Source: Anaerolineae bacterium (GTDB taxonomy: Bacteria > Chloroflexota > Anaerolineae > 4572-78 > NAK82). From it: a stretch of 64,000 nucleotides of DNA. Positions 56,936 to 64,000 of the stretch are shown here, piece by piece; position 1 is the stretch's first letter, and the number at the start of each line of letters is the position of its first letter. The stretch covers positions 2,327-66,326 of the forward strand of contig DAOTVI010000043.1 of assembly GCA_034436775.1 (NCBI GenBank). The letters run 5' to 3'. A model generated the notes under the pieces. The model was given only the letters and a program-made list of their open reading frames with translations, made no database searches and was not told the origin of the DNA. The translations under genes and the position numbers were made by a program.

Positions 56936-57622
56936 ATGCAAGTGACGGTCAAACTGTTCGCCCGCCTGCGTGAAGTGGTCGGCAGCGGGCAGCTGGTGTG
57001 CGATTTAGAAGAAGGGGCCACGCTGAGCGATTTATTACAAGCGCTTTATGCGCAGTTTCCGGATTTGCGCGAGGATGCCACGCGCACATTTGTGGCGCTG
57101 AATCACCAGCTCGCCGTGCTGAGCAGCCCGTTGCGCGATGGCGACGAAGTGGCGCTCTTTCCACCCGTCAGTGGAGGTGCGGACTATGTAAGAATCACCT
57201 GTGACTCGCTCGATGTCGAATCCCTCATCCGCAGCGTCATCCGACCGGATACCGGTGCTGTGGCGACGTTTGTGGGCAGCGTGCGCAATGTCTCGCATGG
57301 TAAAGAGGTGCTCTACCTGGAGTACGAAGCCTACGAGCCCATGGCACTTCATATGCTGCACCAGATTGTGACAGAAATTCACACGCGTTGGCCCCGCGTC
57401 GCGGAGGTTGCCATCGTCCAACGCGTCGGCCGGCTAGAGGTCGGTGATGTCGCGGTGGTCATCGCTGTCTCCAGCGGTCACCGTGACGACGGTTGCTTTG
57501 AGGCGTGCCGCTATGCCATTGAGCGCCTCAAACAGATCGTGCCGATCTGGAAAAAGGAGGTTGGCCCGGATGGTGCGGTATGGGTTGAGGGAGATCACTT
57601 GCCCAAAGAGGTGCTGCCCTAG
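56936..57622 (+). CDS. Fused molybdopterin synthase: MoaD-like sulfur carrier (aa 1-81, ending GG) + MoaE catalytic subunit
   Basis: MQVTVKLFARLRE...DEVALFPPVSGG, then MoaE-like ATFVGSVRN...YLEYEAY...VVIAVSSGHR...IWKKE. The GG codons are at 57173-57178, in-frame with no stop. Confidence 0.85.
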   Translation: MQVTVKLFARLREVVGSGQLVCDLEEGATLSDLLQALYAQFPDLREDATRTFVALNHQLAVLSSPLRDGDEVALFPPVSGGADYVRITCDSLDVESLIRSVIRPDTGAVATFVGSVRNVSHGKEVLYLEYEAYEPMALHMLHQIVTEIHTRWPRVAEVAIVQRVGRLEVGDVAVVIAVSSGHRDDGCFEACRYAIERLKQIVPIWKKEVGPDGAVWVEGDHLPKEVLP

Positions 57623-57659
57623 CGCAGTGGCACGAGACTATTAGGAGGCTATCAGCGGA

Positions 57660-58859
57660 ATGAATGGACAACCCACTGCGGTGATCTTCGGCGCGGGAAG
57701 TGTGGGACGAGGCTTCCTGGGTCAGCTGTTCAGCGAATCGGGATACCATGTGATCTTTGTAGACGTGGATCAGGTGCTGGTGGAAGCCTTGAATCGAAGG
57801 GGAAGCTACACCTTGCGCCTGGCCGGCGTTTCCGGAGTGGAGGATCTATCTATCGGACCGGTGCGTGCAGTGGATGCACGGCAGGTGGATCAGGTGGCAG
57901 AAGCTGTGGCTGCCGCCACCATCATGGCCACCGCGGTGGGCGCGCGGGCGCTTTCTGCCATCGCCGTTCTTATCGCAGCGGGACTGGCACGACGTTGGTC
58001 AGCGGGGATCGATACCCCTCAAAATATCATCCTGGCAGAGAATCTCCACGATGCGCCCGACGTTTTGTGCCGCTATGTGGCGGATGCATTGCCGGAAGCG
58101 CTCAGGCCTTTGCTGCGCGAACGTGTTGGGTTCGTCGCATCGGTGATCGCGCGTATGTCGCCTGTGCCGACACCCGAACAGCGTGCCCTTGATCCCACCC
58201 TCATCGTGGCCGAGCCCTACAAAGTGTTGCCGGTGGATCGTGACGCCTTCGTCGGTCCATTGCCAGAAGTGGTGGGGATGTATGCTGTATCACCTTTTGT
58301 AGCCTATACCGACCGCAAGCTGTTCATTCATAATGCTGGCCATGCCATGTTAGGCTATCTGGGTTACCGGCTCGGTTACACTTACGGTTATGAGGCGCTG
58401 TGTCATCCACGCATCAATGCCTTGCTCCACCAAGCGCTCAACGAGTCGAGCCGTGCGTTGCAAGCGGAACACCATCTGGATGCCGTGGCGCTGGCTGAAA
58501 ATGTGCAATATCTGCTGGACCGCTTTGCCAATCGGGCGCTGGGAGATCCGATTAGTCGTCTGGCACGCGATCCCCTGCGCAAATTGGCGCCCGATGACCG
58601 GCTGGTGGGTGCGGCACGCTTAGCCGAGAAACATAACATCATCCCCTCCGGGCTGGCTTGGGGTATCGCCGCCGGGCTGGCATACGACGATCCTCACGAT
58701 CCCCATGCAGTCGAGTTACAATCAATCTTGCGAGAATTGGGTTTCGAGGGAGCGTTGCAAAAAGTGTGCGGCATTCACTCGGACGAGAAGCTGGCAGCGC
58801 TGGTGCGCGAGCGTTACCAGATACTCCGCAGTGATCCAGACTGGCAGCCCCCGCATTGA
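57660..58859 (+). CDS. Mannitol-1-phosphate 5-dehydrogenase-family oxidoreductase
   Basis: AVIFGAGSVGRGFLGQLFSESGY N-terminus resembles MtlD (FGAGNIGRGF). 399 aa. Confidence 0.7.
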   Translation: MNGQPTAVIFGAGSVGRGFLGQLFSESGYHVIFVDVDQVLVEALNRRGSYTLRLAGVSGVEDLSIGPVRAVDARQVDQVAEAVAAATIMATAVGARALSAIAVLIAAGLARRWSAGIDTPQNIILAENLHDAPDVLCRYVADALPEALRPLLRERVGFVASVIARMSPVPTPEQRALDPTLIVAEPYKVLPVDRDAFVGPLPEVVGMYAVSPFVAYTDRKLFIHNAGHAMLGYLGYRLGYTYGYEALCHPRINALLHQALNESSRALQAEHHLDAVALAENVQYLLDRFANRALGDPISRLARDPLRKLAPDDRLVGAARLAEKHNIIPSGLAWGIAAGLAYDDPHDPHAVELQSILRELGFEGALQKVCGIHSDEKLAALVRERYQILRSDPDWQPPH

Positions 58860-58955
58860 GCTTCTCCGGCTCCATTCGGTTGGACGGACAGCGGTTGGGA
58901 TTGCCCCGCAGGATGTGGATCTGGATTGCCCACCTGACAGGGGGATGGGTTCAGA

Positions 58956-59891
58956 TCACAACTGGGTGACGGTGACCTGTTGGACCAACATTTCCACCAG
59001 CTGACGATCGCCCACTCCGGTGCCCTCCTGCATAGCAGCTGCCGTGCCACATGCGACCGCGCGCGCCGCAATCTCGGCAGGGTCACAGGCATCACAGACT
59101 GCCCAGATGAGCCCGGCCAATGCCGCGTCGCCGGCACCCACCGGGCTGCGCGCGTGCACCGGTGGCGGGGTAGCCATCCACACCTGATCCTGCATCGCCA
59201 AAACGATCCCTTGCGCTCCGCGTGAAATGGCCACTAGGGCGATGCCCTGCTGTTGCAGCCGACGGGCGGCAGCCGCGTGTTCCACATCGCTGGAGAGCGC
59301 AGTCCCAAGCAGCTCCGCTGCTTCTTCGCTATTGGGCTTGACAGCAAAGGGAGATGCTCTCAGGCCGGCTCGGAGTGCCGCGCCACTTGTGTCCAGGAAC
59401 GCACGCCCTCCGCACATCTGGACTAACGTGATACATTGGGCATATAGATCGTCCGGTGCACCGGGCGGCAAGCTGCCACAGAAGGCCCACACATCACCCG
59501 GCTTCGCTGAGTGCCTGATATGCTCTTGGAGTACAGCAATCGAGCGTTCATCCACGACAGGTCCGGGCTCGTTGAACTTGGTGTACTGATCGCGCGCTTC
59601 GTCCAGTAAGGTGATGTTCTGGCGGGTCTCACCTTCCACCTCAATGAAAATCACCTCATAGCCGGCCGCGAGCAACTGCTGATACATATACTGCCCCGTG
59701 CGGCCGCCAAAAAACGCGACAATGCGGCTGGGAATGCCGAGCATCCGCAGTGTGCGCGAAACGTTGATCCCCTTACCGCCCAAATCCTCGCGCATGGGAC
59801 GCAGACGATGGACGGTGCCCGGCTCCAGGCGTGGCACGCTGAACGCCTTGTCCAGGACGGGATTGAGGGTGACCGTGATGATCGCAGGCAT
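58956..59891 (-). CDS. 1-phosphofructokinase / tagatose-6-phosphate kinase family (PfkB)
   Basis: IITVTLNPVLDK start, GGKGINVSR, and C-terminal VGAGDA. Confidence 0.85.
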   Translation of the reverse strand: MPAIITVTLNPVLDKAFSVPRLEPGTVHRLRPMREDLGGKGINVSRTLRMLGIPSRIVAFFGGRTGQYMYQQLLAAGYEVIFIEVEGETRQNITLLDEARDQYTKFNEPGPVVDERSIAVLQEHIRHSAKPGDVWAFCGSLPPGAPDDLYAQCITLVQMCGGRAFLDTSGAALRAGLRASPFAVKPNSEEAAELLGTALSSDVEHAAAARRLQQQGIALVAISRGAQGIVLAMQDQVWMATPPPVHARSPVGAGDAALAGLIWAVCDACDPAEIAARAVACGTAAAMQEGTGVGDRQLVEMLVQQVTVTQL

Positions 59892-59901
59892 TACACTCCC
59901 G

Positions 59902-61032
59902 TTATCGGTTGTTCAACACCTGCTTGACGAACTCATCGAACAGATAAAGGGAGTCGTGCGGTCCTGGAGATGCCTCCGGGTGGAACTGCACGCTGAAAGC
60001 GCCCAGTTTGGGATGACGAATGCCCTCAATCGTATTGTCATTCAGATTGATGTGGGTGATCTCGGCACCGCCTAGATCGCTGTCGGGGCTGACGACGAAG
60101 CCGTGGTTATGGCTGCTGATCTCCACCACGCCGGTCAGCAGGTTCTTCACAGGCTGGTTGCCGCCGCGATGGCCAAAACGCATCTTCTCGGTGCGGCCAC
60201 CTAATGCCAACGCCAGAATCTGGTGGCCGAGACAGATGCCGAAGATCGGCACCTTGCCCAAAAGATAACGCACATTTTCGATGGCGTAGGTCACCGCGGC
60301 CGGGTCACCTGGCCCGTTGCTGAGAAACACACCGGCAGGGCGCATGGCGAGCACCTCTTGTGCGGGGGTGCGTGCTGGCACGACGGTCACCCGCAGGCCG
60401 CGGTCCACGAGCATGCGCAGGATGTTGTGCTTGATCCCAAAATCATATGCCACCACCAACGGTGCCGCAGCATCTGGCTCTTCACAACGGCGATAACGGT
60501 ACCACTGGGGGCTACCCCCCTCGGTCCAGTTATAAGGCTCGGAGCAGGTCACCTCGTCTACCAGGTTGGCGCCTGCCATGTCAGGTGCGTTGCGTGCCAG
60601 CTCGATGAGCGCCGCGGGGTCCTCCGCAGCCGGTCCGTGGGCGATGGCGGCGCGCATCACTCCGCGGTTGCGGATATGGCGCACCAGTGCCCGGGTCGCC
60701 ACCTCGGTCAGGCCGATGACCCCATACGCTTTCAGATAGCTGTCCAGATCCCCCTGCTCGCGCCAATTGCTCACGATCGGGCTCAGGGCACGCACCACGA
60801 AGCCGGCCACCCAGACGCGCTGCGACTCGATATCCTCGCGGTTGACACCCGTATTGCCGACATGGGATACTGTCATCGTCACGATCTGGCGATGATAGGA
60901 GGGATCCGTTAAGATTTCTTGATATCCCGTCATCGAGGTGTTGAAAACCACCTCTCCGGTTTGAACGCCTTGCGCGCCAAAGCCCACTCCGGGGAAAAGA
61001 CGACCGTCCTCGAGCGCCAACAAGCCTTTCAT
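59902..61032 (-). CDS. carA: Carbamoyl-phosphate synthase small (glutaminase) subunit
   Basis: GEVVFNTSMTGYQEILTDPSY, the GICLGHQ catalytic Cys context, and HNHG. Confidence 0.95.
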   Translation of the reverse strand: MKGLLALEDGRLFPGVGFGAQGVQTGEVVFNTSMTGYQEILTDPSYHRQIVTMTVSHVGNTGVNREDIESQRVWVAGFVVRALSPIVSNWREQGDLDSYLKAYGVIGLTEVATRALVRHIRNRGVMRAAIAHGPAAEDPAALIELARNAPDMAGANLVDEVTCSEPYNWTEGGSPQWYRYRRCEEPDAAAPLVVAYDFGIKHNILRMLVDRGLRVTVVPARTPAQEVLAMRPAGVFLSNGPGDPAAVTYAIENVRYLLGKVPIFGICLGHQILALALGGRTEKMRFGHRGGNQPVKNLLTGVVEISSHNHGFVVSPDSDLGGAEITHINLNDNTIEGIRHPKLGAFSVQFHPEASPGPHDSLYLFDEFVKQVLNNR

Positions 61033-61075
61033 TTATTATCTGTTACCACCTTTCTCACCCGTTTATCATCTGCGA

Positions 61076-61906
61076 TCATTGGCCGCCCGGCTGCTCCCAG
61101 GCGAGCGGTGGTGGTGTGTCCGGCGAGCCCAGGTACAACATCTGTCCGCCATCCACAACCAGCGTCGCTCCGGTCACAAAATCGGCATCGTCGCTGGCAA
61201 GGTAGGCGACCGCCTTGGCAATATCCTCCGGTGTGCCCAGGCGGCGCCACGGCACGCGTTGCCATCCGGCGTCCACCACCGCGTCACCGTACATCGCGCG
61301 TTCACCCGGCGTATCGATCCAGCCCGGCGCGATCACATTGACGTTGATGTGGTAAGGTGTGAGCTCTGCCGCCAGCGAACGTCCTAGCATGTGTACCGCT
61401 GCCTTGGCCATGTTGTATGCCGCCTGGCCGGCGAAAGGCACCTCGGCACACACCGAGCCAATGATGATGATCTTCCCTCCCAGGCGACCATTTTCGTTCT
61501 GGCGCACCATCTGTCGCGCCGCGAACTGGCACGTATGATAGACACCGAATTGCGTGACTTCAAAGACGCGCCGATGCACTTCCCAATCGGCCTCGACCAG
61601 CATCGCATGGCGTTCGAAAACCGCATTGGCGACCACGATGTCGATATGCCCAAAGCACTCCACCGTTGCATCAAACATACGCTGAACGGCTTCTCGTTCT
61701 GCCACATCGGCTTGATAGACCAGCGCTCGGCATCCCAGACGGCCGATCTCCTCAGCCACTTGCTGCGCTTCCTCGGCATGAGAATAGTAGTTGACCACCA
61801 CATCGGCCCCTTCGGCAGCCAGGTGGAGCGCGATGCCACGGCCAATACCCCGGGATGCACCGGTGATCAGGGCGACTTTTCCCTTAAAGCGAGGGAAGCG
61901 ATCCAT
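61076..61906 (-). CDS. Classical short-chain dehydrogenase/reductase
   Basis: The track ORF 61076-62119 is over-extended. GAGGA RBS then ATG at 61906. KVALITGASRGIGRGIA, NAV and YNMAK motifs. Confidence 0.85.
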   Translation of the reverse strand: MDRFPRFKGKVALITGASRGIGRGIALHLAAEGADVVVNYYSHAEEAQQVAEEIGRLGCRALVYQADVAEREAVQRMFDATVECFGHIDIVVANAVFERHAMLVEADWEVHRRVFEVTQFGVYHTCQFAARQMVRQNENGRLGGKIIIIGSVCAEVPFAGQAAYNMAKAAVHMLGRSLAAELTPYHINVNVIAPGWIDTPGERAMYGDAVVDAGWQRVPWRRLGTPEDIAKAVAYLASDDADFVTGATLVVDGGQMLYLGSPDTPPPLAWEQPGGQ

Positions 61907-61922
61907 AATCCTCAATCCTCTT

Positions 61923-63428
61923 TCACATCTGATGCAGATAGTCTTTGATGAGCGGGTAGAGCTGTTTGTAACGTGCGATGCGCTCCTGATAAATGGCGTG
62001 CATCGCCGGGCGCGGCTCGAAGGTGTGGGTGATGCGGACGAATGCCTCGGATGCCTCAACGCCCGAGGCGAAGCGGCCACTGCCCACACCAGCCAGCAGT
62101 GCGGCACCCAGCACACCACATTCGTTCACCTGGAGTCGCATGATCGGCTGTCCCAAAATGTCGGCGGTCAGTTGCAGCCAGACATCCGACTTGGAACCGC
62201 CACCGGTAGCACGAAACTCGGTGATTTGAAGCACGCTGCGCGGGATCAGGTCCAGCGCTTCGGCAAAATAATATGTGAGCCCTTCCAGCAAACCCTTGAT
62301 CAGCTGCCCCCGGGTGGTTTCCAGATGCAGGCCCATGATCACCCCAGAGGAATTGGCATCAAAGGTAGGCGGGCCGCACGTGGCAAAGTGGGGCAGTACC
62401 ATCAAGTTGGTGGGTGCTTCGGGCAGCTCGGCCATCAGCCGATCATAAATGTCATATCCTTTTGCCCTTGCCTCGGCATATTCGGCGGCCGCCATCGTAT
62501 CGCGCGCCCAGCGCAGGATGGAGCCACCGATGTTGTAGATGAAGCTGACGAACTGGCCAGGCAATACATGATGCTCGATGTTGAGCCCGGCTTCGCGTAG
62601 AGGTTGACTCGGTGGCAGATGGTCATACGTCGGGGTGATGCAGATAAAGGTGCCCATTCCATACACTGCACGTCCTGGACGTACCACCCCGGCACCCAGT
62701 GCATTGCAGCATTGATCGTGCCCTCCCACGACGATCTTGACCCCGCGTGGCAGTCCCAATTCGCCGGCTAATCTGGTGTCCAATTCTCCCACCACGCTGC
62801 CGGCAGGCACAACGCGCGGGAGCTTCTCGCGGGGTATGCTGACTGCCTCCAACAGCTCGGATGACCAGTCAGCAGCATGGAGGTCGAACAAAAGGGTGCG
62901 ATTGGCCAGCGAAAAGTCGGTCACCGGTTCGCCGCCGAGCAAGAAACCGATGAGACCGCTGGTGAGCAAGAACAGATCGGCGCGCTCGAAGAGGTCAGGT
63001 CGGTGATCGCGCAGCCAGGCCAACTTCGGTGCGGAGTGTGCCAACCCTAAAATGTTCCCGTTGACCTCGTGCAGCCGCTGGGCGCCGGGTCGCTGTGCCA
63101 TTTGTTCAACATATTCCTCGCCGCGCGCGTCAATCCCCAATATGGCGCGGTCCAGAATGCTCCGGTCGGACAGACGCACCGGGGTCATCGCCTCGCCCAT
63201 TGAGGACACAGCCAGGGCGGTGATGGGCTGCCCGCGCGTTGCGGCTGTTACCTCACGGATGACCTCTTGAACTTTGTTCCACACATCCTGCATGTCCAGC
63301 TCTGCCCAGCCAGGATGAGGATGCAGGATCGGATATTCGCGGTAGGCCAGGGCCACCAGATCACCGTCTTCGGTGAGAACGCCGGCTTTGCAGCCTGTTG
63401 TGCCCACGTCAATGCCCAATAAGCTCAT
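61923..63428 (-). CDS. FGGY-family carbohydrate kinase (xylulokinase-like)
   Basis: MSLLGIDVGTTGCKAGV start and GGGSKSDVWLQLTADILG C-terminal motif. GGAGGAAG RBS. Confidence 0.85.
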   Translation of the reverse strand: MSLLGIDVGTTGCKAGVLTEDGDLVALAYREYPILHPHPGWAELDMQDVWNKVQEVIREVTAATRGQPITALAVSSMGEAMTPVRLSDRSILDRAILGIDARGEEYVEQMAQRPGAQRLHEVNGNILGLAHSAPKLAWLRDHRPDLFERADLFLLTSGLIGFLLGGEPVTDFSLANRTLLFDLHAADWSSELLEAVSIPREKLPRVVPAGSVVGELDTRLAGELGLPRGVKIVVGGHDQCCNALGAGVVRPGRAVYGMGTFICITPTYDHLPPSQPLREAGLNIEHHVLPGQFVSFIYNIGGSILRWARDTMAAAEYAEARAKGYDIYDRLMAELPEAPTNLMVLPHFATCGPPTFDANSSGVIMGLHLETTRGQLIKGLLEGLTYYFAEALDLIPRSVLQITEFRATGGGSKSDVWLQLTADILGQPIMRLQVNECGVLGAALLAGVGSGRFASGVEASEAFVRITHTFEPRPAMHAIYQERIARYKQLYPLIKDYLHQM

Positions 63429-63581
63429 TGTGCTTCCTCCATACCCTCAAGTCTTGACGAAAATGTGTTCTGCAGCGGCTTTGCTTTGGTGCAACGGTAC
63501 TGCCGGTTTGAGATGACGATTTCGCAACGCGATCCGTGTGGCTTAGGACAGATGTACGTAAGACGAAGACGAGCCGTGCAG

Positions 63582-64000
63582 CTAGTCTTCGCATCCTCCG
63601 CCACAACTGAGGTGCCAGACATTGCCATCCCGCGCCAACAGCGCATCCGCCTCGGGCGGCCCCCAGCTGCCCACCGGATAAGTCACCAGTGGCGGGGCAT
63701 CGGGTGATTCCCAACCGCGCAAAATCGGATCAATGAGCTGCCAGGCCGCTTCGATCTCATCATAACGGGCGAAGAGTGAAGCGTCTCCCCGCAACGCATC
63801 GAGCAATAGACGTTCATAGGCATCCGGGATCGCTTGCTCGCCAAAGCCTGTCCGGTAGTGGAATTCGAGATCCCGGGAGATCGTCTCCTGTGCCGAGTCG
63901 GGCACTTTGGTCTCGAACTTGAGATGGATGCCCTCATTGGGCTGGATGCACAAGGAGAGGATGTTCGGTGTGAATTCCTTGCCGGGTGGCAGATCGAACA
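63582..64000 (-). CDS. zwf: Glucose-6-phosphate dehydrogenase, C-terminal part (N-terminus beyond the window)
   Basis: IQPNEGIHLKFETKVPD...AYERLLLDALRGDASLFARYDEIEAAWQLIDPIL...YPVGSWGP. The frame stays open to position 64000, and the track M at 63953 is an internal TTG. Confidence 0.85.
   Translation of the reverse strand, partial: FDLPPGKEFTPNILSLCIQPNEGIHLKFETKVPDSAQETISRDLEFHYRTGFGEQAIPDAYERLLLDALRGDASLFARYDEIEAAWQLIDPILRGWESPDAPPLVTYPVGSWGPPEADALLARDGNVWHLSCGGGCED

Noticed and set aside
60935-60948. GAGGTGTTGAAAAC, resembling the MITE terminal repeat
   Set aside because: It lies inside carA. On the coding strand it encodes the conserved VVFNTS segment, so the similarity is most simply explained by coding constraint and chance.
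1-64000. Scan for CRISPR arrays, rRNA, tRNA, IS transposases, integrases and phage genes
   Set aside because: I noticed no regularly spaced 25-40-bp repeats, no T-loop/acceptor-like tRNA candidates in the intergenic regions, and no transposase- or integrase-like ORFs. The scan was by eye only, so short or degenerate elements could have been missed.

Overview
GC-rich, gene-dense bacterial chromosomal segment. I call about 60 CDS and saw no rRNA, tRNA, CRISPR array, transposase or integrase. Several features suggest a Chloroflexota-like, monoderm-type organism: binding proteins anchored by LysM or a lipobox, S/P/T-rich linkers, NEW3+ABC modules and a split transketolase. That placement is inference only. 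Many ORFs in the supplied track are antisense shadows or carry over-extended N-termini, so I re-set starts using RBS context and conserved N-termini. Content, left to right:
- SAF/NAD oxidoreductase (partial).
- MNT/HEPN-like pair.
- GntR, PfkB kinase and split transketolase operon (minus strand).
- Pho-box array, then LysM-pstS, pstC, pstA, pstB, phoU.
- A MITE-like insertion, then dcd and rnz.
- Envelope cluster: Cof phosphatase, GT4, TagA, MurJ, AlkP-like protein.
- GarR-like reductase and LarA-like racemase.
- NarL-type response regulator, orphan solute-binding protein, Cache histidine kinase; then a small ORF and an ABC-2 transporter with a SpoIIM-fused permease.
- A tightly coupled six-gene minus-strand operon: fabF, Zn-ADH, SDR, orphan, M2 peptidase, lipoprotein.
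- Divergent DtxR-like wHTH gene plus DegV.
- GT4-fusion and GH130.
- NEW3 protein and ABC-2 transporter.
- mutL.
- Heme cluster: hemA, hemC, hemD, radical SAM/SPASM gene, hemB, hemE, hemY, GNAT, hemL.
- moaC and a moaD-moaE fusion.
- mtlD-like gene.
- fruK, carA, SDR, FGGY kinase and zwf (minus strand, zwf partial).
My best candidates for an undescribed system, none provable from sequence alone:
1. The six-gene fabF-to-lipoprotein operon together with its motif-rich divergent control region and the wHTH+DegV pair.
2. The RR-SBP-Cache kinase module followed by the small ORF and the ABC-2/SpoIIM transporter.
3. The AhbD-like radical SAM gene embedded in an otherwise coproporphyrin-type heme cluster.
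4. The NEW3+ABC-2 triad.
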